Assembly: GCA_964424105.1 (NCBI GenBank)
Contig: CAYRHJ010000030.1
Location: 54,227-118,226 of the forward strand
Source of the DNA: an uncultured Phycisphaeraceae bacterium
Lineage (GTDB): Bacteria > Planctomycetota > Phycisphaerae > UBA1845
DNA: 64,000 bases
Reading direction: 5' to 3'
Position 1 is the first letter of the stretch; every line of letters starts with the position of its first letter. The position numbers were made by a program, and so were the translations under genes. Below, in pieces: positions 1 to 8,615 of this stretch. Below the pieces are notes generated by a model. That model had not been told where the DNA came from. It did no database searches and was given only the letters and a program-made list of their open reading frames with translations.

Positions 1-560
1 AGCGGACGCGCTTCCATCGCATCCAACCCCCGATCATCAAAATCAGTCCCTCCCTCCAATTGACGTTGTCGATGCTTCAGGGCGTGTTCGGGACTGCGGG
101 CGATCCGTTCAAACCCCTCCTCCACCTCCACGTCTAATACAAGCGTCGCATCGGGCCAGCAATCTTCGATCGCATATCGGGCCAGATCGATCACCCGTTG
201 CGGATCGTACCCCGCAGCCCCCTGATAAGCACAAGTGGAAGAAATAAAGCGGTCACAGAGCACCGTGCTCCCGGCTGCGAGCGCTGGCCGGATGATCTCC
301 CCCACAAGCTGAGCACGCGAGGCCATGAACAGAAACGTCTCGCAGTTCACCTGCATTTCCGAAAGGTCATGATCCAAGAGCAGCGACCGTATGCGATCTC
401 CGATCACCGTACCGCCCGGATCGCGACACAGCGTCAAGGGCGCGCCGGCGTCTCGCAGCCGCGAAGCCAGCCGATTCAATTGCGTGGACTTGCCCGCGCC
501 ATCCGGTCCGTCCAAGACCAGGAACTTTCCCGCCAGCCCTGCCGCCAATTCTTTGAAGTT
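1..560 (-). CDS. tmk: Thymidylate kinase (dTMP kinase). Start codon at 560; the 3' end runs past the window edge.
   Basis: Reverse translation from 560 gives MNFKELAAGLAGKFLVLDGPDGAGKSTQ (P-loop), DRF.SS.AYQG and a DR lid motif typical of Tmk. It is absent from the ORF track because the ORF is open at the window edge. Confidence 0.8.
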
Positions 561-640
561 CATAGCCGCTCGTTCTATTGGGTTGAATACCCGGTGAAAT
601 CTTCGTCCCGCACGCTCGGTCTATCACCGCCGCCTCGCCG

Positions 641-704
641 CCTCCTTCCGGGTGGCCCACCTCCTTTGGAGGTGGGGGAGGCGATGAATGAGCTTGGCCG
701 ACGC
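641..704. repeat. Family C dispersed element, copy 1, about 64 bp. It contains the hairpin ccacctcc-tttgg-aggtgg.
   Basis: A near-identical copy lies at 785-848 and an inverted copy at 32896-32935. The motif is CCTCCTTCCGGGTGGCCCACCTCCTTTGGAGGTGGGGGAGGCGATGAATGAGCTTGGCCGACGC. Confidence 0.8.
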
Positions 705-784
705 CTCACCGACGCCGCACCGCCGCCTCACCGCCGCCGCATCATCGATCCTAACATCGAATCGACCACAGGCCCGCCGGGCCA

Positions 785-848
785 CCTCCTTCCGGGTGGC
801 CCACCTCCTTTGGAGGTGGGGGAGGCGATGAATGAGCTTGGCCGACGC
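785..848. repeat. Family C dispersed element, copy 2. It forms a direct repeat with copy 1 at 144-bp spacing.
   Basis: Same 64-bp sequence as 641-704. A second short duplicated block, ATCATCGATCCTAACATCGAATCGACCACAGG, occurs at 741-772 and 864-895. Confidence 0.8.
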
Positions 849-1157
849 GTTCCCGACGCCGCATCATCGATCCTAACATCGAATCGACCACAGGTCGAAC
901 CGGCGAATCGCTGACCATGTCCCTACGTGGCTTGGCCACGTTTCCGCCGATACCTGATGAGGATGACGGCCCAGGCCAGCGGCACGAGGAATGACAAGGC
1001 CAAGAAGAACCCGTTGACGCTTGGGAGTTAACTCGCTCCCGGCAACCAGGACAGCCAAGATGTGACTTCCGCAGCCGCGAAGACAGCGCGCAGTTGCAAC
1101 AGGACCAGCCACACGATGAACACGACGGCCAACAAATACAAAGACGCCGCGCGCTAT

Positions 1158-1392
1158 TCAAGCCACCGAAGATTCCGGCCAATCAGTAGTTCGGTCATCT
1201 TTGCGTGGTGCGTGTGTTTCGACGCGGTCGCCGCCTGGAAAGATTCCCGCCATGTCAGCGCTTGTTGGTGTGCACCAGGCCTCCACGATGCCGTTGATGA
1301 CCTCGTCGCGGTTCTGGCCCATCTTGATCAGCGCGGGGAGGGCGGCGAATTCTGCGTCGCTGAGCGGTTGGAAGTCGAAGAACTCGGCCATG
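1158..1392 (-). CDS. Hypothetical small protein, 77 aa. Very uncertain.
   Basis: Minus-strand ORF starting MAEFFDFQPLSDAEFAALPALIKMGQNRDEVINGIVEAW, with no convincing SD. It is the non-overlapping 3' portion of track ORF 1158..1898. Confidence 0.2.
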
Positions 1393-1517
1393 GGGGAGAA
1401 TTGTAGTGCATCGGCGGCGAATGGCGAAGGAGATGGGCCGGTCGCTCGGTATCCATTTCGTCGGGTGATCCGTTGGGCTGCATGGCCCATGTTTTGGAAC
1501 GTGTTTGACAGGTCCAT

Positions 1518-1883
1518 TTGCGAGCCGTGCTGCAGCAGTTCGGTCAACTGCTGAAGGACCAGTGTCGCGCGTCCGACCTGGCCTGCCGCTTTGGCGGCGA
1601 GGAATTTGTGCTCGTCGTTCCATCTGCCACACGTGAAGCTTCGACGGCGCAGGCCGAACGTATTCTGCAAGCGGTGCGCGAGATGAAAGTCAGCAGCGAC
1701 GAGATGGTCTTGCCTCGACTGACCGTGTCGATCGGCATCGCCTTGTATCCCGAACACGGCGAGACAACCGAAAACGTCATCCGCGCAGCCGATCAGGCCT
1801 TGTATGCGGCTAAGGAGGCCGGCCGGGACCGTTACGTCATCAGCGCCCTGTGGCGAGAGAACACCCTCGATGAACACGGCTGA
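1518..1883 (+). pseudogene. GGDEF (diguanylate cyclase) domain C-terminal fragment. The N-terminal half is missing.
   Basis: RFGGEEF and LYAAKEAGRDRY motifs are present. An in-frame stop sits immediately upstream at 1506, and no GGDEF N-terminal half is found in any frame. Confidence 0.5.
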
Positions 1884-1900
1884 GCAATCAGGAGACAACC

Positions 1901-2110
1901 ATGACTCTTGAATGCGATTCGACGACCCACGCCCTGGGCACGAACAGCCGGCGAGATTTCCTCAAGGCAGTAGCTGCCGTCGCTGCCGTGGCCGAGCGCA
2001 CGATCCCCTCGCCGCACAATGGCGCGGTCGTCAAGGCCGCCTCGGTACGTCTGTCCCAAGTGCTCGGCCTGCCGAGCTGGCGGCACTCCGGTTCCCGTTC
2101 TGGAGCTTAA
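1901..2110 (+). pseudogene. Short ORF carrying a twin-arginine (Tat) signal peptide; likely the N-terminal stub of a lost Tat-exported protein.
   Basis: The SD caggaga precedes the ATG. The SRRDFLKAVAAVAAVA Tat motif is present. The ORF ends after 69 aa. Confidence 0.3.
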
Positions 2111-2300
2111 TCAGAGCGGATATGGGTACGTGGGCGCAGCCTGTGTCGGCTTCCGCACCAGTGCCGGGTTTCACACCGGTGCCGGGATGTGAGAAACGAA
2201 GTACTTCCCGGAAGTCGAAAAGAGGGCGATCGATGCCCGAAAAAGTGCCGCGCAGCATGGAACGAATCTTGCCACGGGCGGTTAGGATATATTGTCTCTA

Positions 2301-5300
2301 TCAGGAATCCGGGCAGCAGAGATCATTGCCCGCAAGTGCCTCTAGAACTGCGAAGACATCAAACAAGTCAATCTTGCCATTTGGATTACACTGGCCAATG
2401 TCTGCTTCCTCAAGTGTACACGTAGCAAAGACATCCGAAAAAGCGTTCAAAACGCAAAACAAGTCGAAGAGATTTACGGTTCCGTCCCGCCGGACGTCGC
2501 CGAAAAGATCACATTCATTGGGAATACCATCTAGATCGCAATCCTGAGAATCTCCACCAACAATGTCGCATTCGTCAGGTATACCATTTTCGTTGCAGTC
2601 CTTGCTCGTCCCGGCAAGCAGATCAATCTCATCCGGAATAAAATTGATATTGCAATCCGACTGGCATTCGTCAGGAATTCCGTCGCCCTGTGGCGGCAAT
2701 TCATCCAAAGACGCGCCTGTGTCGAGGTCGCACGTGTCCAGTATGGCGTTACCATTACAATCCGCCGTCGATCCCGACAGTATCGCATGCCCATCCGGCA
2801 AACCGTCCCCATCACAGTCCGCAAAATCAATGGCCTCATCCACTCCCATGTCCACTCGTGAAAAGCTCACACGAGGTTCGCCGTCCAAGTCCGAGCTTTC
2901 ATCCGCCATCGCATCGAACGAGGGATCGCCCAAATTGATGCAGGGAGACATCGCAGAGAGGTGATAGTCCTGGCCCGACGGATTTACGAATGACGGAAAA
3001 CTGTCGATATTCCCCTCAGCCCAATCCAAGTGAGCGCCTACTACCGAAACGCCCTCGCTGCCGCCGGCAATGTCAGAATAACGGACGGCCAGTTGCGCCC
3101 CCCCGCCAACATAAATTTCCTGCGGAGCGCCGAAATCCCCACCCCACAGAATTGAATTATCGATGTTCACACGACTGGAAAGCCCCACGACGTACAGACT
3201 GTTTCCAAGCGATTGAGCCACGTTGTCTGCGAGTGTCGAGTTTCGGATAACGGCAGAACCACTGGTCACGTACACACCTCCACCCTGGACAGCATCGTTA
3301 TCCGCGATGAGTGTGTTGGCAATCGTAGGCTGTCCCAGCACTACGTAAATCCCTCCGCCGTAGAACAACTCCGCACGATTGGCGATGATTCGGCAATTTC
3401 GCACAATCGGATTGCCCCGCGCTATATAGAGAGCTCCCCCGAAGCGAAGCGCATGGTTGTCTGTGAATACGCATCGATCAATGATTGGATCGGATCCATT
3501 GATGAACATAGCTGCACCAGCGCTGGCGAAACAGTTCGTAATGGTAAATCCTGCGAACCGAACATCGTCATCATCGCCACGGAAGAAGACCGCCGGGCCT
3601 TGTCCCGCGCAATCAATAACGCAATGGTCAGGCCCATTGGCGCTTCGCACCGTTAGCGCCCGACCCTCGAAATTAAGCAGAGAATTGCCGGCACCGCGAT
3701 ACACTCCGTCAGCCACAACGATTTCCAAAATAGATGATCTTCCGTTCGGCGCGTTGTCGATGGCGAATTGCAGGCTGCAATAGGGATCTCCCTGCGTACC
3801 ACTTCCCGGAAAAAAGCAGTTGACTTCGTCCACATACGCAAACTCGTGAATCTCACATTCATCCGGGACACCGTTGCGATTCGCATCCGAGCTTACGCCG
3901 GCGAAAATATCGCAACTGTCAGCATATCCGTTGACGTTACAATCGGGTTCGCATTCGTCTGGTACACCGTCGGCCGTACAGTCTTCACTGACGGACTCCG
4001 CAATATCGCAATCATCCGGCACGGCATTGTCATTGCAGTCAGGCTCGATGTGCAGACATTCGTCCAAAACGCCATTTCCATTACAGTCCTGACTCGATCC
4101 CCCCTCGATCTCCAAACCGTCCAGAATCCCATTTCGGTTACAGTCCGGCGGAATGATAATCCGAGTTCCGCTAAATGAGGGAATCGTGATCTCGGTTCCC
4201 GCCACGCTTCCCTGAATGGAACCGCCCGGACGCACGTCCACGTGAAACGTTCCACCGACGACCTCGGGCACGTCCAGTCGCAGTGTCGCGCCATACCGCT
4301 CCACACCCGGATCAACCAGTGAATCACCCGCACTCAAGAGCGCATTGAGCATCAAGATGTTGGGGGCACGCGATGTCAGATTGGCCACCCAGAGCGAAAC
4401 CAAATCTAGATAAACGTAATTGGGATGCGTGGAGTCCACGAAGAATGCGCCAAACGCGTCGCACAGGCCCGCGGTGCCACAATGCGACTGCCAACCGGGA
4501 CAGTCGTCATCGCTCGTGCAGGGTAGACGCGACAGCGCAAGTTCTCCAAAAAAACCATCGTCATGGCCAATGTCAACCTCCGACTGGTAACCCCTTAACC
4601 GCGGTGCACCGTCTCCGTCCAGGTCCCATCCAGACAGGCGGAGCTCCAGGGTCACGCGCTGGCCACCCTCGCTCAGCAAAATGTCTCGACCATCGATCGT
4701 ATGTTTGCCGGAAGCATCGATCGGAACCACCCGAAAGCCCTTGCCTTCACACTCATCGGGGACTCCGTCTCCAGTTGCGTCCGTCGAAAACCCAGTGGCG
4801 ATGTCGCAGGCATCCAGAATGGCATTGCTGTTGCAGTCCTTGGCCAGGCCGTCAAAAATATCGCACAAGTCAGGTTGCCCGTTGTTGTTGCAATCTTCCT
4901 TCAGTGTTCCGCCCAGCTCACATTCATCGGGAACTCGGTTCTCGTTACAATCGTTGCTGGTCCCGGCCGTGATATCACATGCATCCGCAATCTCGTTCGA
5001 ATTGCAGTCCGGCTCGCATTCATCGGGAATTCGATTATTGTTACAGTCAGTAGTCGCTCCGAACACGATGTCACAACTGTCCGCCAATCCTGTGTCGTTG
5101 CAGTCCGGCTCACATTCGTCGGGAACTCGGTTGTTCGAACAATCGTCACTGAAGCCGGATGCAATGTCGCATTCGTCCGGAACATGATTGTCGTTACAAT
5201 CTCGGCTGATGGAATAGAACAGATCACAGAGGTCTGCGCGACCGTTCGAATTGCAATCCGCCAGGCCGCCGGGTTGGCAATGGTCGGGAACGTTATCGAA

Positions 5301-7073
5301 ATTGCAGTCTTCCGCTCCGCGTTGGATATCGCAGGAGTCCGCGATTTCGTTCGAATCGCAATCTGTCTCGCATTCATCAGGGACTCCATTTCCCTCACCG
5401 GCACAATCATCGCTGCTTCCATCGGCAATATCACAACTGTCCGGCACACCGTTGGCATTGCAGTCCGGTTCGCATTCGTCTGGAATGCCGTTACGCGAGC
5501 AGTCCAGGCTGAAAGCCGAGTCAATGTCGCACGAGTCCGCCACACCGTTGCCGTTGCAGTCCGACTCGCACTCATCGGGCAACGCATTGGAATTGCAATC
5601 ATCGCTGGTGCCGGCCGTCAAGTCCTCGTCATCCGCAACGCCATTGCCGTTGCAATCCCAGACTGCCGCAGCCGCATCGATCACGCCGCCGGTTGTCACG
5701 ACGCCGCCGAGCGACGGCGTGCGGCGAACCGTTTCCAGTAATCGTGTGCGTATTTGCGGCCAGTCGAGATCGGGCAATCGGCTCATCACCAGGGCAGCCA
5801 CGCCCGTGACGTGCGGAGCGGCCATCGACGTGCCGTCCAGAAATCCATAGGATTCACTCAGCATCGTGCTGTAGATGCAGGTGCCCGGTGCCGCAAGCTC
5901 GACCGTGGCGGATCCAATGTTGGAAAATGCAGCCACGGCATCTCGGTTATGCAGTGCGGCTACGCCAATGACATTCGCCAGTTCAAATCCGACGGGGAAG
6001 AATGGCACCTCGTCGTTGTCATTACCGAAGTCATTTCCAGCGGCGGCAATGAAGACGTGTCCCACAGCCTGCGACGCTTCGATCACATCGAACAGGGCCC
6101 GCGAGTAACAGGCCTCGTCTTCACTGCTGCATCCCCAACTGTTGTTCGATAAACGAATCCCGTTGGCGATCACGTAATCCATCGCCTCGACCGCACCGGA
6201 TATTTCCCCACGACCGTTTGCGTCAAACACCTTCAGCGCCACCAGGCTGCATCGATGATTGACGCCTGCCACCCCCAGGCCGTTGTTTCCCACCGCACCG
6301 ATCGTACCGGCCACATGACTGCCGTGACGATGATCGTCCATCGGATCCGCGTCGTCGTTGATGAAGTCATATCCATGTACGTCGTCGATCCAACCGTTCC
6401 CGTCGTCATCGACTCCGTTACCGGCAATCTCGCCGCCATTTGTCCAAACGTTGGCAGCCAGATCGGGATGCGAGTAATTGATTCCCGTATCAATGACCGC
6501 GATCCGAAAATCCGGATCACCGGTCCAAACGTCCCAAGCCTCGACCGCCCGGATGTCGGCACCGACCGTCCCGGTAGCAAAGCAGAAAAAGCCGGACATC
6601 GACTGACCGGTGTTCCGCAACCCCCACAGTCGATCGAACTGCGGATCGTTCGGTAGATCGAAAATGTGAATTGGCCCATCCGATTCCGCGTATAGAACGC
6701 CCGGATGTGCGCGGAAAGTGGCCAGTGATTTGTCAACGTCGGCCGATTCAAGAATGGTGAGACCTGGTACGGAACGCACCTCCGCCACCGTCCGAAGTTG
6801 CTCCGACTGTTTTTGAAGTGATAACCTTTGTTCCGCCGGAACGTCGGCATCAAACCGAACCAGGATTCGCCCCGGCCGGCCAGCCTCGCCAATTGTTTCC
6901 GGCGCCGGATTGACGCGATCCGCTGCTAGCTTCTCCGCCGTCTCGAACATCGCCGCAACCGCGGGTGTCGGCGGCGGCTCCTCGCCCGATAGCGAATGCG
7001 CGGCCAAGCAAAACAATGCCGCGCCAATGATGGCCGAAGCGAGCGTACGGCTTCCGTCGGTTCTATCAATCAT
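2301..7073 (-). CDS. Giant secreted S8 subtilisin-like serine peptidase. Domains in order: I9 propeptide, about 30 Cys-rich CNxNGxPDxC(E/D) repeats, a right-handed beta-helix and a dockerin-like C-terminus.
   Basis: Catalytic triad motifs VIDTGI, HGSHVAGT and GTSMAAPHV are present. The signal peptide is MIDRTDGSRTLASAIIGAALFCLAAHS, so the start was moved to 7073. PbH1-like repeats occur mid-protein. The terminal GDVRRDGTVNLFDLFCVLNAF is EF-hand/dockerin-like. Confidence 0.85.
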   Translation of the reverse strand: MIDRTDGSRTLASAIIGAALFCLAAHSLSGEEPPPTPAVAAMFETAEKLAADRVNPAPETIGEAGRPGRILVRFDADVPAEQRLSLQKQSEQLRTVAEVRSVPGLTILESADVDKSLATFRAHPGVLYAESDGPIHIFDLPNDPQFDRLWGLRNTGQSMSGFFCFATGTVGADIRAVEAWDVWTGDPDFRIAVIDTGINYSHPDLAANVWTNGGEIAGNGVDDDGNGWIDDVHGYDFINDDADPMDDHRHGSHVAGTIGAVGNNGLGVAGVNHRCSLVALKVFDANGRGEISGAVEAMDYVIANGIRLSNNSWGCSSEDEACYSRALFDVIEASQAVGHVFIAAAGNDFGNDNDEVPFFPVGFELANVIGVAALHNRDAVAAFSNIGSATVELAAPGTCIYSTMLSESYGFLDGTSMAAPHVTGVAALVMSRLPDLDWPQIRTRLLETVRRTPSLGGVVTTGGVIDAAAAVWDCNGNGVADDEDLTAGTSDDCNSNALPDECESDCNGNGVADSCDIDSAFSLDCSRNGIPDECEPDCNANGVPDSCDIADGSSDDCAGEGNGVPDECETDCDSNEIADSCDIQRGAEDCNFDNVPDHCQPGGLADCNSNGRADLCDLFYSISRDCNDNHVPDECDIASGFSDDCSNNRVPDECEPDCNDTGLADSCDIVFGATTDCNNNRIPDECEPDCNSNEIADACDITAGTSNDCNENRVPDECELGGTLKEDCNNNGQPDLCDIFDGLAKDCNSNAILDACDIATGFSTDATGDGVPDECEGKGFRVVPIDASGKHTIDGRDILLSEGGQRVTLELRLSGWDLDGDGAPRLRGYQSEVDIGHDDGFFGELALSRLPCTSDDDCPGWQSHCGTAGLCDAFGAFFVDSTHPNYVYLDLVSLWVANLTSRAPNILMLNALLSAGDSLVDPGVERYGATLRLDVPEVVGGTFHVDVRPGGSIQGSVAGTEITIPSFSGTRIIIPPDCNRNGILDGLEIEGGSSQDCNGNGVLDECLHIEPDCNDNAVPDDCDIAESVSEDCTADGVPDECEPDCNVNGYADSCDIFAGVSSDANRNGVPDECEIHEFAYVDEVNCFFPGSGTQGDPYCSLQFAIDNAPNGRSSILEIVVADGVYRGAGNSLLNFEGRALTVRSANGPDHCVIDCAGQGPAVFFRGDDDDVRFAGFTITNCFASAGAAMFINGSDPIIDRCVFTDNHALRFGGALYIARGNPIVRNCRIIANRAELFYGGGIYVVLGQPTIANTLIADNDAVQGGGVYVTSGSAVIRNSTLADNVAQSLGNSLYVVGLSSRVNIDNSILWGGDFGAPQEIYVGGGAQLAVRYSDIAGGSEGVSVVGAHLDWAEGNIDSFPSFVNPSGQDYHLSAMSPCINLGDPSFDAMADESSDLDGEPRVSFSRVDMGVDEAIDFADCDGDGLPDGHAILSGSTADCNGNAILDTCDLDTGASLDELPPQGDGIPDECQSDCNINFIPDEIDLLAGTSKDCNENGIPDECDIVGGDSQDCDLDGIPNECDLFGDVRRDGTVNLFDLFCVLNAFSDVFATCTLEEADIGQCNPNGKIDLFDVFAVLEALAGNDLCCPDS

Positions 7074-7609
7074 CAGGCATCCATCTCCATGACACAGAAG
7101 GGGCGTTTCATTCGAGTGGCCATCATTTCCTACGGCCATCATGATAGCAGTCCAGCGACGATTTCAAAAATTGCAGAGATTCATGGTGTCGGTGTGGCGA
7201 AGTTTCCAACGCAGTGGATTTGCCCCGCCCCTCCGAAAAAAAAGCCCACCTTCGTCCGACGCGAAGATGGGCAGTTATCAGTACCAGTGGGCGAGCCGAC
7301 ATCACCGTTACCGACAATTCGAAAAGGGATTTCGACGGTTTACCTCGTCACCACCTCAAAAAACGCAATTGGCGATCGGCCATTCCGCTGGCCGAAAAAT
7401 TTACAACTTTCCCACTCACTAATGTCCTAACATGATAGAATCCCAGCGGAATTAGCCGCGTACAGGCGGAAACAAATCCGCCGAATTCTGATAATGGATG
7501 CTAACCCACGAACCCAAAAGAAGTTACAAGTCGAGATTTCACGCATCACGCCCGCGATTGGCGAGATTTCGATTACGTTTATCCCGTCATTTCGCGTCGA
7601 AGTCGCGGT

Positions 7610-8377
7610 TTGAGCATTGGGGTTAATCTGAATCCGGACAAGGCCTGCAATTTTGACTGTATTTATTGTCAAGTCGATCGCTCGATTGCTCCGCGAGTGC
7701 GAAAGGTCGATCTAGGCCGACTTGAATCGGAATTGCGGGCGTTGGTGTCCGCTGCCGCTGATCAATCGATTTTCCACGAGCCTGAATTCACCCACACCCC
7801 CATCATACTACATCGGTTGAACGACATTGCTTTCAGCGGTGACGGCGAACCGACGACCTGTCCGGTTTTTGCTGATGGCGTTGAACTCGCGGCCCGCGTC
7901 AAGGTCGAATTGGGTGGCGAGTGCGTCAAGCTGGTGTTGATTACGGATGCTTGCTACCTGGATCGAGCTGAAGTCATTCGCGGGCTGGAAGTCATGGACC
8001 GGTCGAACGGCGAGATCTGGGCCAAGCTCGACGCGGGTACGGAAGAATATTACCGCCTGATCAACCGTCCCAATTTTCCACTGGCCCACGTCATGAAAAA
8101 CATTACATCCACGGCACGAATCCGGCCCGTAGTCATTCAGTCGCTGTTCATGCGGGTGCATGACGTTGGCCCATCACACGATGAAATCATCGCCTACTGC
8201 GATCGATTGATAGCGGTGTTGGATGCCGGCGGGCGGATTTCACTGGTTCAGATATACACGGTGGCCCGTGTGCCCGCACAGCCCTACGTCACACCGCTGA
8301 CGAATGCGGAGGTGGATGCCATCGCCGATCGGGTTCGGCAATGCGTTTCAGTTCCGGTTGATTCGTTTTACGGTTAG
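7610..8377 (+). CDS. Radical SAM protein with a TTG start. COG1180/PflA-like activase fold; function unknown.
   Basis: CNFDCIYC (CxxxCxxC) cluster near the N-terminus and an FSGDGEPT glycine-rich SAM motif. About 255 aa. Confidence 0.75.
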   Translation: MSIGVNLNPDKACNFDCIYCQVDRSIAPRVRKVDLGRLESELRALVSAAADQSIFHEPEFTHTPIILHRLNDIAFSGDGEPTTCPVFADGVELAARVKVELGGECVKLVLITDACYLDRAEVIRGLEVMDRSNGEIWAKLDAGTEEYYRLINRPNFPLAHVMKNITSTARIRPVVIQSLFMRVHDVGPSHDEIIAYCDRLIAVLDAGGRISLVQIYTVARVPAQPYVTPLTNAEVDAIADRVRQCVSVPVDSFYG

Positions 8378-8615
8378 GTGGGCGTCGGTCACACGCTGAA
8401 ACTGCCCGATTCATTGACTCCGTTTTGCAATTGCACAATCCGGCCGAGAGATTTAGATTCATTGGTGCTTGACAGCGATAATCAATTCCCCGTAGTTTAC
8501 ATCATCATGTGTTGGGCCGTTTGCGGCGATGGAACAAATTATCATTTCCCGTCAAGGGCGAGTCGCCGGATCGGCAAGCGGATCGTTCTTCGTGGTCACT
8601 TTGGGAGGGCACACA

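Noticed and set aside
1158-1898. 246-aa minus-strand ORF.
   Set aside because: Its 5' two-thirds is antisense to the recognisable GGDEF fragment. Only the non-overlapping 3' part was retained, and only as a very low-confidence sORF.
4701-5741. 346-aa + strand ORF, plus several 100-250-aa ORFs between 2563 and 6892 on both strands.
   Set aside because: All lie inside or antisense to the giant subtilase repeat region. GC-rich periodic repeats keep alternative frames open. No homology signals.
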